NCBI GenBank assembly: GCA_977017645.1
Contig: OZ360224.1
Span: forward strand, 98,146,001 to 98,210,000
Source: Torpedo marmorata
Taxonomy: Eukaryota
Reading direction: 5' to 3'
DNA: 64,000 nucleotides
How positions within the stretch are numbered: position 1 is the first letter of the stretch; the number at the start of each line of letters is the position of its first letter. The notes beneath the pieces are model-generated. The model saw only the letters and a list, made by a program, of their open reading frames with translations, was not told the origin of the DNA and did not search any database. Of this stretch, positions 13,145 through 26,825 are shown piece by piece. A program made the translations under genes and the position numbers.

Positions 13145-13510
13145 AAACACAAAAGATGCAGATGGTGGAATTTTGAGCAAACAGAGTTGCTGGAGGAACT
13201 CAGCAGGTCAGCCACCATCCATGAGTTTTTCTCCACCTACCCAGCCATCCCTCCTCCCCCTCTTTGCTGTTGTCCCCTCCCTCCTTTCTCCACCTATCAT
13301 CTCCTGCCTTTGCCACCCCCTTCCCCCTCACTCTTTTGTTCGGACGCCTGCCGGCATTTTCTAATACTTTGATGAAGGGCTCAAGCCCGAATCGTCGGTT
13401 ATGTATTTCTACCTTTGCTACATAAAAGACACTGTTTGACCTGCTGAGTTTCTCCAGCATTTGTGTTTTTTACTTCAACCACGGTGTCTACAGATTTTCG
13501 TGTTTTATTA
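13145..13510 (+). mobile_element. Penelope pseudo-LTR fragment with a hammerhead-like motif
   Basis: Same terminal repeat family as 9005-9140, 32560-32755 and 44683-44790; ttgatgaagggctcaagcccgaa motif. Confidence 0.6.
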
Positions 13511-14149
13511 TCCATGAGTAGAACTGGTCAGTCAACATTTCAGGTGTGAACCCTTTATTCATACTAATATCAAATTGGTAAAATTACATAAAGTGGGAAA
13601 GAAGCCAGGGGAAGTGCCCAGAGGTTTAAAAAAAGACTAAGTACGGGAGTATGTACGATGAGATGGGAACATAGAAAAATCAAGGTTCATGCTGTTAGGC
13701 TTAAGGTTGTCCAAGAGGAATACGATGTATTGCTCCTCAAGTTTACATTGAGTCTTGCCCCGACAGTGGATGAGTCCAAGGACAGACATGTCACTCTAGA
13801 AATGGATGGGGGGAGTTAAAATGGTGGCCACAGGAAGCTCAAGTTTAGACCCAAACACAGAGCTTAGGTGTTTGGCGAAGTGGTCACCCAATGCAGATTG
13901 GGGTGACCACTTAATCGGTGAGACCAAATTTTGCCCTGAGCCCTCATATGCAACCAGTTTAGTCACACAATAAGTGTTCTGAGCATACTTCCATACCAGC
14001 ATTTTCAAGAGCAAATGAGAGATCAGGGAGAGAATAACTTATTAATCCCGACTGAAGTTTTTGGCTTGTGACTAGTAAACTTCCTGCAATATCCTAAAAT
14101 CCTTTTGGAGTCTTTTAGGAAAACATCTGTTTTGAAAAATTCCTCATCA

Positions 14150-15030
14150 TCTTTGTTTATTTGTCACAAAATACCTAACAAGTGAGAAGAGTTATTTTCT
14201 GAACAGTCCAATAGGTTATCTCTAACATTCATACAGCCATGTAAAGAGCACAATTTTCAGAGTGGAGGATTACAATGAAAAGGAAGATCAATTAGCACCA
14301 AGCAAGGGCATAATAGCATTGTTATGGGGTTCATTCAGAAACCTGAAGGCTGTGGGGAACTGTCTTTGAGCCTTCTGGTACATGCTTTCACACTCCTGAA
14401 GGGTGGAGAGAAAACAGTGTGTCCGGGGTGTGATGAGTCATTCAATATCTTGGCTGCCTTTCCCAGGCAGTGGGAGATGTAGATAGAATCCTTGAAGGGG
14501 AGGGAAGTTTACATTATGTGCTGAGCTGCATTCAGCAACTTCAGTAGTTTCTTCTGATCTTGAGCAGAGCAGCACCCACACCACTCCGTGATGTATCCAG
14601 CAAGTATGCTTCCAATGGTGCACCTGTAGAAGTTGCTGAGTGTCAAGGGGGATATGCTGATTTTCCTCAGTCTTCTAAGAAAGTAGTCATTGGTGTGCTT
14701 TCTTGACCGTTGCATCAATGTGTTTGTCGCAGGTCAGATCATTGGAGATATTTATTGCTAAGAACTTGAAGCTATCTACTCATTCCACTTCAGCATCATT
14801 AATGTGGACTGGGGTGTGGACTCTGCCCCCTCTTCTGAAGTCAATGATCATCTCCTTCATCTTATTGAAGTTGAAAGAGAGGTTATCTTGGCACCATTCC
14901 ACCAGACTTTCAATCACTTTCCTGTGTTCCATCTTGTCGTTATTTGATACCCAGCCCACTATCATGGTGTTTATAGACAAATTTGGTGTTGGAACGGTAT
15001 TCAGTTGTACAGTCGTGGGTGCACAGGTGT
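14150..15030 (-). mobile_element. Rex1/Babar fragment, degenerate
   Basis: WCQDNLSFNFNKMKEMIIDFRR; YFLRRLRK…FYRCTI. Confidence 0.75.
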
Positions 15031-15208
15031 ACATCTTTTCTCAAACCTTACTCTATCCATTTAATTGAGTGTTAATCAATTTCCAAACAGAACATGGTAA
15101 AAATTATAAGAAAATTTGTTGCTCAGACAGTAAGATTTGAAAACCTTGCGAGCTAAAGGTTGAAATGTGCATCTTTACCAGTAACAGCAGGGTAGGTCTT
15201 CACAATTG

Positions 15209-16242
15209 AAGCAGTGGGAATAGATACATCTTGAGGGAAGCAGTGGGAGTGGATATATCTTGGGGAAGCAGTGGGAACGGATACATCTTGGGGGAAGCAG
15301 TAAGAGTGGATACTCTTGGGGGAAGCAGTGAGAGTGGATACATCTTACACAGAGAAGAGGTGGAATATCTCGTGATATGGTGCGAGAATAACAACTTGAG
15401 TCTCAACGTGGACAAGATCATCGTGGATTTTAGGAGTACCAGGAATGACCACCCTCCACACCAACAACTCTGTAATGGAGAGAGTAGAGAGCACCAAGTT
15501 CCTTGGAGTCCACATAACTAGTGACCTATCGTGTACACACATCTCCACACTTGTCAGGAAGACGCAACAACGGCTGCGCTTCCTGAGAAGACTGAAGCGG
15601 GCAAGGCTACCAGCCATCAGCACGTCGACCTTCTCCAGGAGCTCTTTAGAAAGCGTACTGGCCTGCTCCATCACAGTGTGGTATGGCTGCTGTAGGGAAT
15701 TGGATCGGAGATCAATCCACAGGACCATAAGAGTGGCAGAAAGGATCACTGGAGTCTCCAGCCCCTCCCCTAGCGACGTGATCTACTGGGATCGTTGTCA
15801 GAAGAGGGTGCGCAAAATCGTTGAGGATCCCAACCACCCTGCACACATCTTTCAGCTGCTCCCGTCGGGAAAGAGTTGCAGGAATATCAGAGCCAGACTA
15901 CCAGGCTGAGAAACAGCTTCTTCCCACGGGCAGTGAGAATGCTGAACGACCAAAGGAACTCCTCACATTAACCGTCAGAGTCTCTCATATTTATGAAACA
16001 ATACTTATCTATTTATTTATTTATTTGCTTGCATATATGAATACTTGTCCTGCATATATATTATTTGTCTGTATGTGTGTCTGGTTGTGTGTCTGCATGT
16101 TTTGCATCGAGGACCGGAGAACGCTGTTTTGTCGTGTTGTACTTGTGCAATAGGATGATAATAATTTTGAACTTGACCTTGAGGGAAGCCGTGGGAGTGG
16201 AAACATCCTGGGGAAGCAGAGAGAGTGGATACTTCTTGAGGG
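15209..16242 (+). repeat. 28-29-bp minisatellite (gaagcagtgggagtggatacatcttggg) split by a LINE
   Basis: Five units at about 15209-15346 and two more at about 16178-16242. Confidence 0.85.
15347..16177 (+). mobile_element. Rex1/Babar LINE, 5'-truncated
   Basis: WCENNNLSLNV; VESTKFLGVHIT; RKTQQRLRFLRRLK; tail …ttgaacttga. Confidence 0.82.
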
Positions 16243-18063
16243 AATATACAGAAAAAGTTACAAGAGGGAGAGCAGCAAGGTAGCAGACAGCTCTGGTTTG
16301 GGTTTGAGTCTGCAAGGGGTGCAGAGGCCGAAAGAACTGAAGAAAGAAATGGAGGTTGATGGGAGAGGAAGAGATGAAAAGAGAGTGAAAGTGTCAGGGC
16401 TTCCACACTTTTTCTCACATCTTTCCCCGTACTGCATTGTCTCCCTTCCAGAAAATCATTTTCAACCCTTCCCATCTTCCAATTTTTCTCTCCCCACCAA
16501 TGTCACCCTCTCTTGACTCTACAACATCCTTACACTTTCTCTTTTCCACTCCAGTACAATTCCGATTATCCAAAATGCTTTAGACCTGACCTATATCGGT
16601 TATATGGATTTTTTGGATAATCGAGAAATTTCTTTAAAGCAACCCAGTAGCATCAGCAGAATACTTGTATCGGCTGTCGCTGATCCCCGACACCCCCCCA
16701 CCGCCGTCGCCAATCCTGCCCGGGAGCCCGAGGTCCGCAGTGGTTGGCACCCAAGGAAAGGTAGACATTCATGGGAGGGAGGCCAGAAGGGTGGGGAAGG
16801 TTAGTTTGACAGTGAGTGGGTCTGAATGGACAGGAGGCTGGATGTACCCCTAATTGGTATTGTGACTCACAGTATGGAAAGGTTTACTGATATACACCCC
16901 AGTATACAAGACAACATCGCCCTCCTCACATATTATTTTGCACTCATTAAACAAAAACCCTGGAAAATCAATATTATGTAAAATTCAGTGTATCCCAAGG
17001 TGATTAGTGAGATACGAGAGAAGGCAGATACACTGTTTTTCTCCCTTAAATAGAAAATTAGTTGAATTACGACAGAAAGCCTTGCCTTCTAGGTTTTGTT
17101 GATTGCAATTCAAAAATAATCAATGAAAGGTAATTAATCTGAAACAAAGTTTCTCTAAATACAGAACTGTCAAAACTGTTCTTATTTCAGTTACTATCAG
17201 CAGTTTTATATTTTTGCTTTTCAACAAGCAGATACATTCTTGGCATGTCTTCAGTCACAATTCCATAACTTGTAAAAATCACAGACAAGTAGCCTGCATA
17301 GCAAAATAATGGGAGATAAACATACAGTCCCAGGATAAATTCTTTCCAATAGTTCCCAACAATCAGAAACTGCAAGAACTTATGTAAAATCACTGAATGA
17401 GAAAACAGCATTTTAAAATCTTCTTTCTAACAGATAGGTGCAAATTCCTAGCATTATTTATTCTTTCCCGTATACAGGATTTTGTACAAAATATCTGCAT
17501 AAAGAAACCATCGTGAACTCTAATCTGTGTCATTTATTAAAAATCTTTTTTCACATTCAAGTTTAATGCACACAACTTTAGAAAGGCAAACAAATGACAA
17601 AGAAAATGAGAAAAATATTGTTTGAAGCCTATAGTACCACACATAAACATGTAGCAGAAGAATAATCAGAACAAATGGGCTTTAAAATGGGGTGGCACAG
17701 TGGGTGAGCAGCTCCTCAACTTGGGATTGTTTCTGACCTCTTATTCTGTGGCTTCTACCCTGTGTGAAGTTTGCACGACCACGTTACATGTGGGTTGCAC
17801 CCAGGTAATCCAGCTTTCTCCCATATCCCAAAGAACCCTGGATTGGACAGCATGCTTTATGAAGAAAGACTGAGTGAACGGCATTTTCTCTTTGGAGCGA
17901 CAGAAGATTTGATAGAGTTGGATAAGATGATGAAAGGCATTGATCGTGTGGATGGCCAGAGAATTTTCCCAGGGCATAAATGGCTAACATGGGAGTAAGT
18001 GCGGGGGGGATGTAATAGGTAAGTTCTTCAGAGAGTGATGGGTGCATGGAATGGGCTGCCGGC

Positions 18064-18845
18064 AAGCGTACAGGAGGGAGATAGATCAGCTCGTTGAATG
18101 GTGTAACGACAACAACCTTGCGCTCAACGTCAGCAAAACCAAGGAAATAATTGTGGACTTCAGGAGGAAGTCAGGGGAACACGACCCAGTCCTCATCGAG
18201 GGCTCAGTAGTGGAGAGGGTCAAGAACTTCAAATTCCTGGGTGTCAACATCTCCAAGGATCTGTCCTGGAGCCTCCACGTTGATGCAATCACAAAGAAGG
18301 CTCGCCAGCAGCTATACTTTGTGAGGTATCTGAGGAGATTTGGTATGTCACCGAAGACTCTCGTAAACTTCTACAGGTGTACCGTGGAGAGCATTCTGGC
18401 TGGTTGCATCACTGCCTGGTATGGAGGCGCCAACTCTCAGAACAAGAATAAACTCCAGAGGGTTGTTAACTCGGCCTGTGACATCACAGGCACCAGACGT
18501 CACTCCATCGAGGACATCTACATGAGGCGGTGTCTTAATAAAGCAGCCTCTATCCTCAAAGACCCCCACCACCCAGGCCATGCCCTCTTCACTCTGCTAC
18601 CATCGGGAAAAAGGTACAGGAGCCTAAAGACGAGCACTCAACGGCACAAGGACAGCTTCTTCCCTGCTGCCATCAGATTCCTGAATAATCAATGAACCAA
18701 AGACACTGCCTTACTTTTCGTGCACTATTATTTATATTTTTTTATAGTAATGTCGTAAGATGGTTATAATATGAATATTTGCACTATGATGCTGCCGCAA
18801 AACACCGAATTTCATGACTTGTTCATGACAATAAATTCTGATTCA
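18064..18845 (+). mobile_element. Young Rex1/Babar LINE 3' portion inserted in an old CR1 fragment (about 17840-19010)
   Basis: ORF 18042..18695 is nearly identical to 63421..63969; tail gacaataaattctgattc. Confidence 0.9.
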
Positions 18846-20598
18846 ATAGGATCTTTTAAGAGACTATTAGATAGGTATATGGAACTGAGAAAAATGGAGG
18901 ATTATTCAGAAGCAGAGATTCTAGGCAACTGTTAGAATAGGTTATTAGGTCAGCATAAGGCTGTGGGCCGAAGGGCCGGTACTGTGCTGCAGATTTCTAT
19001 GTTCTATGTGCTAGCAGGTTAAATGGTTAGTGAATATCATATTGAGTGCAGATGGTGGTGGAGGAATCAGTGGGGAGCTGATGGGCATGAGAGAAATGTT
19101 TTAAGGAGATGAACGGGATTAATGGAATTATTCCAAGAGCTAGCATAGACTAGATGGGCTAAATTGACTACCCCTGTGTTGAAAGAAAATAAATATAATA
19201 AAACATGGTCTTGAAATTGGTCCAACTGTCAAAAATTAATGTCAAAGGAGTAACACATTAATGTTCTCAGTTTACTACCTGGAGCATCTAGTTCATTACT
19301 ACAGTGGTAAAATAGCAGTAACAAATTTATACTATGCTGCCCCCACCAGAAACTAATAAACACCTGAGTCAAACTTCCAATGTAGTGCATGTCAGGAATG
19401 ATACAACTTGTCTTGACCCAAAGCTTTCGAGGGAACCTTTCCCTCTGTAGCTCCTGCTCAAGAAATCTTGAACCAAGTATTGAAAATAAAGATTATTCCA
19501 CAACACTGCCCATAAATCAAATTCAGAGCTGGTGTTTATGCATTCATTTCAGAGCCATATTTGTTTATAGCTGGGTATGAGACCCGAACCACCATATCAG
19601 GACCAGATCTTTGCTAAACATTCCAAAGTTATTCCCTGCTCTCTGTCTATAATGCTGCATCTTGATACATACCTGCTTTCAGCTGTTTCTTTGCTGAACA
19701 AATCTATTTGAAGAAATGTCTCCAACCTCTTTCTTGTCCTCGCTTAGCATTAATAATTCCTTGTCATCAACTCTGCCAACCAAGGGAAATGATATTTTCC
19801 ATTCACAATATCAAAACCCCATTAATCAAAATAATGCATTTTGCAGCACTTAATGCTATCATAATTGGTAAAAGGTGGTGATGAACCTCCTTCTTGACAC
19901 AATTCCCAATTTTTTTTCAGTTAATTAAATTTAATTTTTTTCTATCATGTGGCCAATCTATACTGGTTTATGCTTTTACTCTACCTTGATTCAAGATTTC
20001 TTTATTGTTATGTAACAGTACAGAACGTAATATTACACAAAATTGCCTTCTGCCTGCCATAAGGCAGACAAAGATTCGCCCTTAGAGCAAAAGGAAAGCA
20101 AAAGAGAGTCCCTTCAGCTAAGCTAAACTCCACTCCTATTCATAGTTTGTTTATCTGAGGAAGACTGAAAACATTCTGGATAGAGATTCTGTCATCTCTT
20201 GTCTGATTCCTTTCAAAAGCCAATTATGCACAATTACTGGATTATGCTTATGAACAAATTACTTTGAATAATAATCCTTTATCATCTACAACCAAAAGAT
20301 TAGAGTTCCAGAGCAAGGGAACAGGCCCTTCAGCCCAACTTGTCCATTCCAATCAAGTTGTCTACCCAAGTTAGTCTGATTTGCATGTGTTTGGCCCCAA
20401 TCTCTCGTTAAACCTTTCCTTCTTTCATTCTTAATTATTCTTATAAAAACTATTTATCTCTATTCATAAAAACATTTCATTATGCCTTCAAATTTAAATC
20501 CCTTCCGATATTCTGATTTGATCAATCCGTTTTTTGTCTGATAGCAGTTTAACAAGTTGATACTTAGTCTCTTATTCAAAGATTCCCTGCTGTTAATT

Positions 20599-20795
20599 AA
20601 AAGGTAAAGGTTCCATTATTGTCACGTAATACTACATTTAGAATGTAACATACATGAAATTCTTTAATTTTTGTCTACCCTAAGTCAGACAGAGGGTCGC
20701 TACTTTGTCCAGCGCCCCTCACAGAAACCTACAGCACCTGTGTTCCTAGGCAGTCTCCCCTCCAAGTACTGACCAGTCCTGTGCCTGCTTAGCTT
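20599..20795 (-). mobile_element. 5S rRNA-derived SINE (SINE3-type), 5'-truncated
   Basis: The reverse complement of 20725-20795 (aagctaagcagg…agtacttggaggggagactgcctaggaacacaggtgctgtaggttt) matches the 3' 60% of 5S rRNA including boxes A/IE/C. It is followed by a tail ending gacaataatggaa(ccttta)n. Confidence 0.85.
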
Positions 20796-21768
20796 GTAGG
20801 GTCATTTGTAATCCCAGGAACTTTACGAAATGAGAATAATTTTATCAGGCAATCTCAATATACGTAATCAGAAGCCAAAAACTCACAATAAACCTATCAT
20901 TATTTTATCAATCCATTTCTACAACCCTTTACTGCTGATCCTCCAAAATGTTTTCCTTACAGCAAATTGTAATATTGTAATAATTCTTGGCCAACTTTTC
21001 CTCTCAGTTAATTTGAGTTACATCTTACTCTTCTAAACTTTTCCTTATTCCAAGAAGACCATTTGTATTTTTGATTATCCTCTAAAATGGTTGATATTTT
21101 CCAATATTCTTTCTCTATACACATATCAATTATTAACCTCACTGCATTTCGTGGAACTAAATCCAGAAGTGGCATAGTGGCAGGAGTCTTTGTTGCAGTC
21201 TTCAAAAAATACATGACAGCCAACGTATAAATAAATGATGAATGAGTTTATTGTCATCTACACAAGGACGAAAAATCTTGCTTGTTGCAGATGCACAGGT
21301 ACATAAAGTACACTGACAAACAAGTAGTACAAATTAAATTAATGCAAGAGAGAAAAAATAAGAGGATTGATAAATATTCACAGCTGCAGTTAGTGCAAAA
21401 AATGTGATGTAACGTGTTAGTTTTATGCTAATTTTGTAGTAATTACAATCTTTGTGCTAATTTTCTGAATTGTATGCAGATCTTTCCCACTATCTTTTTG
21501 TTTGATGGGCAGAACTAAAGCTTTTTTCCCCCTGTTCTTTAAGTTTGTCTCTATATAGGATCTCCCTGGGTTACGGATGACCTGCAAATTTTTCCATGTA
21601 CAGGTACTTTAACCATTTTTCAAGATTGTGTTAAATAATAATATGTTTTGTGGTGTTCATTAATGAATAGACACTGTATATATCCCATTAGTATAATTAG
21701 TGGGTAGTGTTAGTGTGAATATATGATGAAATGAAAGAATTAGAGCAAGTGAATAGAGGGACTCTTAC

Positions 21769-21843
21769 CTTGAGAAGGTATGTTGGGATATTGCTGAAAT
21801 CTACTGGCAGTTTCAAAAGGAAACGGGCAGAAAATTCACCTGT
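21769..21843 (-). CDS. BABAM2: BABAM2 internal coding exon, 75 nt (probably equivalent to human exon 6)
   Basis: ttcacag|ACAGGTGAA…CTCAAG|gtaaga encodes [25 protein letters not shown], the exact continuation after …KNNW in BRE. Phase 0/0. Not in the ORF track. Confidence 0.96.
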
Positions 21844-22384
21844 CTGTGAAAATGAAACAAATAATTATTATAGCGCCTAGAAGTATATCTACATCCACTG
21901 TGCAAGAAAAACTATGAAATCTTACAGCATATATCGCGTTTGTAGTTCAATGGAGAGCATTTCATGCAATATGTCTGGAGACAACTTCTGTTGTTTTTAC
22001 AGATGCCACTGATATGTTCCAGATAACTTTTTAATTTGCAGAACAATGTCACCACTCAAACTTTCGACTTGAATTGTTTATTATCATGTGTACCAATATA
22101 GTAAAAAGCTTTGTTTTGCATGCTATCCAGGTAAGTCAACTCAAACAGCAGGTAGTGCAATAGTAACAAATAAATATCAATATAGGGAGTGGTGTTATAA
22201 TAAGTAGTGCTGGGAATAGAGAAAATTACAGTTAAAAGATCTGTGCAAGGACATCATCTTTTACCAGTGAGAGATCCATTTAGAAGTCTGATAACAACAG
22301 GAAAGAAACTGCAATCAAAATTGGGTTTGTGTTTTCAAGCACTTTTATACTGAATATTCAATACCTGAGAGGACAGTTATACAC

Positions 22385-24872
22385 AAAAGAGGTCACAGTA
22401 ATTATGGGAGATTTTAATTTTCCACATATAGATTGGGAAACACATTCTGTGAAAGGGCTGGATGGGTTGGAGTTTGTGAAATGTGTGCAGGATAGTTTTT
22501 TTACAACAATATGTAGAGGTACCGACCAGAGAAGGAGCAGTGTTAGATCTACTGTTGGCAAATGAGATAGGTCAAGTGACAGAGGTTTGTGTTGGCGAGC
22601 ACTTCGGGTCCAGTGATCATAATGCCATCAGCTTCAATGTCATTATGGAAAGAGATAAGTCAGGGCCAAGGGTTGAGGTTTTTGATTGGGGAAAAGCTAG
22701 ATTTGAGGAGATGCGAAGGGACTTACAGGGTGTGCATTGGGACAATTTGTTTTATGGGCAGGATGTAGTAGAGAGATGGAAGTCTTTTAAAGATCAGATT
22801 TTGAGAGTGCAAAAGCTTTATGTTCCTGTTAGGTTAAAAGGAGGGGCAAAAGGTTTGAGAGAGCCGTGGTTTTCGAGGAATATTGGAAACTTGGTTCGAA
22901 AAAAAAGGGAGGTGTACATTAAGTATAAGAAGCATGGAAAGGAGATGTTTGAAAAATACATTGAATGTAAAAAGAATCTTAAGAGAGGAATTAGGAAAGC
23001 TAAAAGAAGGTATGAAGAGACTATAGCAAGCAGGGTGAGAATTAATCCAAAAGGTTTTTACAAATACGTTAATGGTAAAAGGAAAGCGAGGGACAAAATT
23101 GGTCCCTTAGAGAATCAGAGCGGAAAACTGTGTGTGGAGCCTAGAGAAATGGGGGAGATATTGAACAGTTTATTTTCTTCGGTATTCACCAAGGAGAAGG
23201 ATATTGAGATATGCAAGATAAAAAAAGCAAATTGGGTAAATATGGAGAATATAGGGATTACGAAAGATGTAGTGTTAGGGCTTTTGAGGCATATAAAGGT
23301 GGATAAGTCTCCGGGACCTGACGGGATCTTCCCCAGGACCTTGAGAGAAGTAAGCGAAGAAATAGCAGAGGCTCTGATGGTGATTTTCCAAATGTCATTA
23401 GAGATGGGGATAGTGCCGGAGGATTGGCGTATTGCGCATGTGGTTCCGTTATTTAAAAAGGGTTCAAGGAGGAAGCCTGGCAATTATCGGCCTGTAAGTT
23501 TGACGTCTGTGGTGGGTACATTAATGGAGAAAGTTCTCAGAGATAGTACTTATAAATATCTGGATAGACAGGGTCTGATCAGGAACTCTCAACACGGATT
23601 TGTGAGCGGAAGGTCCTGTTTGACCAATCTGATTGAATTTTTTGAAGAGGTGATTAGGAATGTGGATGAGGGTAGCGCGGTGGATGTTGTCTATATGGAC
23701 TTCAGTAAGGCCTTCGATAAGGTTCCACATGGAAGGTTAGTTAGGAAGGTGCAGTCTTTAGGTATAAATTCTGAGATAGTCAAATGGATTGAACATTGGC
23801 TGGAAGGGAGAGGCCAGAGAGTGGTAGTGGATAATTGTCTGTCAGGTTGGAGGCCGGTGACCAGCGGTGTGCCTCAGGGATCTGTATTGGGCCCATTGTT
23901 GTTCGTTATATATATCAATGATCTAGATGATGGGGTGGTAAACTGGATTAGTAAATATGCAGATGATACTAAGATAGGTGGAATAGTGGATAATGAAGAA
24001 GGTTTTCAAGGATTGCAGAGGGGGATTTGGGCTGCTTAGAAAAGTGGGCTGAAAAATGGCAGATGGAGTTTAATGCTGATAAGTGTGAGGTGCTTCATTT
24101 TGGTAAGAAGAATCAGAACAGGACATATGTAGTAAATGGGAGAGCATTGATGAATACAGAAGAGCAGAAAGATTTAGGAATAATGGTGCATCGTTCCCTG
24201 AAGGTGGAAACTCATGTGAATAGGGTGGTGAAGAAGGCTTTTAGTATGCTGGCCTTTATCAATCATTGCATAGAATATAGGAGTTGGGAAGTGATGTTGA
24301 GATTATATAAGGCTTTGGTGTGGCCTAATTTAGAATTCTGTGTGCAGTTTTGGTCGCCAAATTATAGGAAGGATATCAACAAGGTGGAGAGAGTGCAGAG
24401 AAGGTTTACCAGAATGTTACCTGGGTTTAAGAATCTCGAGTACAAGGAGAGATTGAGCATATTAGGTCTTTATTCTTTGGAGCGTAGAAGGTTGAGAGGG
24501 GATTTGATAGAGGTATTTAAAATTATGAAAGGGATAGACAGAGTGGATGTGGATAGACTATTTCCATTAAGAATAGGAGAGATTGAAACAAGAGGACATG
24601 AGCTAAGAGTTAAGGGGCAGAGGTTTAGAGGTAACATGAGGGGGAACTTCTTTACTCAGAGAGTGGTCGCGGTGTGGAATGAGCTTCCGGGAGAAGTAGT
24701 GGCGGCAGAGTCAATTTTATTATTTAAGAAAAAATTGGACAAGTATATGGATGAGAAGGAAGTGGAGGGTTATGGGCAGGGTGCAGGTAGGTGGGACTAG
24801 ATAGGAATGTTTGGTTCGGTGCGGACTGGAAGGGCCTAATGGCCTGTTTCCGTGCTGTAATTGTTATATGGA
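22385..24872 (+). mobile_element. CR1 LINE, 5'-truncated (endonuclease C-terminus + complete RT), two frameshifts
   Basis: MGDFNFPHIDW, GSSDH, KSPGPDG, NYRPVSLTS, YMDFSKAFDKVPH, GVPQGSVLGP, KYADD; frameshifts near 22500 and 24025; CR1 3' UTR. Confidence 0.95.
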
Positions 24873-26222
24873 TGTATGGTTAATCAGTGCATCCACAGAA
24901 CTGACTTGAGTGGGAGATTAGTTTCAGTATTCAACACCCACACATAATTGCAATTTTTTCTTTTAAATTTGTGCATATTCTCCGGTTTCCTCGAGTTACA
25001 TTAAAATCTAAATCCTTGAGATGAATAAATAAGCTAACGAACAACTCTATTTAACAATATAGTGGAATGGGGGGAGGGGATAGCATTCAAACTGCAATAA
25101 CAAGGCATAAGAACAAAACACTAGTAATTTCAACACATTCACATGGCTCAACTAGGCGTACTCTCGCGTTTCAGCTGTGCAGTTGGTGATTTAAGTTGTA
25201 CTGGAATTGAGTAAATATTCTGATATAGAATTGAAAACCTATAAATGAAAATAAAAATCTGATGATGCTGAAAATCTGAAAGAAAAGAAATGCTGGAAAC
25301 ACTCAGTAGGTCAGGTGGCATCTGAGGAATGAAAAACAGAGTTAATGTTTCAGGTCAAAGTCCCTACATCAGAAAATCTGTTGTTTGAGGGATGAAATTC
25401 TAAATAAATTGCTGAAACAAGGCAATGACTTATTCCAGTGGATTAGGACCCAAGGAAAAGATCAAGACATTTAAGGCAAGGAATTTCTGCTTCAATTCTT
25501 GTACTAGTCCTTGAATGATTGCCTTGCTAAGGCTGAACTCTGCATCTTAACCATCCCTAAATCAACAATTTTCTTTGAGAAATTGTGGCAGTTATTATCT
25601 TGTACTATGTAGGTATGATTACCGGTAGATCAAATTATTTTGATACAACCTTTCTTTAACAAATTAATACAGTATTCACAATCTTTGATTAACCTTTCTA
25701 CATTAGGGCTGATTTATGCTCTTTTCCCAATAAATTTCCCAACATTGATGACCTCTCCCTCTTTTTTTAAATATCAGTGGTCTTCCAGCCTTAATAACCA
25801 TTCCTGTATTTTCCCTGCTAAACATGGTGCTATTTCATTCTTTGGTGTTCTTTTACCCATTTTTAAGAATTTCTCTACATTTTTAAATATTTCACAACAT
25901 CCCCCTTTTTTGTGAAGACAGATGCAAGGTTATAATCGAGAACTGTTCCTCTGACTTCCATCTTCTGGCCATGTTACTTGAATATTCCTAATTTTCCTTG
26001 TAATCATTTTTCCCTTAACATTTTATGGTTTTCCTTGAATTTAAGCTTTGGCTGAAGGGCACACAAAGCCATCATTTATCTTTATTTATAGATTGGTTTC
26101 ATATTTCAAAGATTTTCCATGCAGAATTTAAAGGAACTAAAGTTTTGAACGGATGCAATAACAAGATAAACAGTCTCACCTGAGAATGCTACTTCTGCAG
26201 AAAGTTGCTTACAGGATAACTA

Positions 26223-26825
26223 CCGTATATACTCATGTAATCGTTGAATGTTTTGGACTACGTTTTTGGGCCAAAAAGGAGGGGGGGTGTTGACTTTTAC
26301 ACGGGTCAAACTTTTGACCTCGGTAAGTATCTGCGTCATTCAAGGCCTCGGGAGCTCGGATGGGCTGGTGAGTGAGGACCGGCGGTCGTGAATTTGGATG
26401 CACAGGCGGCTGGTGTGCCGAGAGTTCGGATGCGCGGCGGCCGGGGTGAGGACCCGCGGTCGGGAGCTCGGATGCACGGGTGGCCGGGAGTTCGAATGGG
26501 CGGCCGGCCAGTGCGTCTGGAGTTCGGATAGGCGGGCGGCCGGGACGTCGGCAGTTCAGAAGCGCGAGCAGCCGGGGCAAGGGCCTGCGGTCGGGATTTC
26601 GGATGCGCGGGCGGCCGGGGTGGAGGAACCACAGTCGGGAGCTAGGATGGGTGGGCAGCTGGGGCAAGAATGTGCGGTTGGGAGCTCAGCTGGGCGGGTG
26701 GTCAGGGCCAAAAATAGGTGGGTCGACTTTTAACCGGGTCATACAAAAACACCCGATTTTTGGGCCAAAAAAAAAGGGGGGGTTCGACTTTTACACAGTA
26801 TCGATGATTACACTAGTATATACTG
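26223..26825. mobile_element. Non-autonomous pogo-type MITE with a GC-rich tandem-repeat core
   Basis: Ends ccgtatatactc…gtatatactg flanked by TA; subterminal ggtcgactttt motifs like the 967-2847 element; internal gggagctcggatgcgcgg repeats. Confidence 0.8.

Noticed and set aside
15209-15346. 28-29-bp repeats as CRISPR
   Set aside because: Head-to-tail minisatellite without spacers or cas genes.
11059-18845. Site-specific targeting of Rex1 into CR1 3' ends
   Set aside because: The two insertions are at different CR1 positions and in different relative orientations; explained by repeat density.
20725-20795. Functional 5S rRNA gene
   Set aside because: The 5' part (about 48 nt) is missing, there are many substitutions, and it is fused to a retroposon tail.
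1-21768. Next BABAM2 exon (DVNEDPGEDVALL…)
   Set aside because: Not found by eye, nor was the preceding exon found in 52979-64000; both are probably outside the window.
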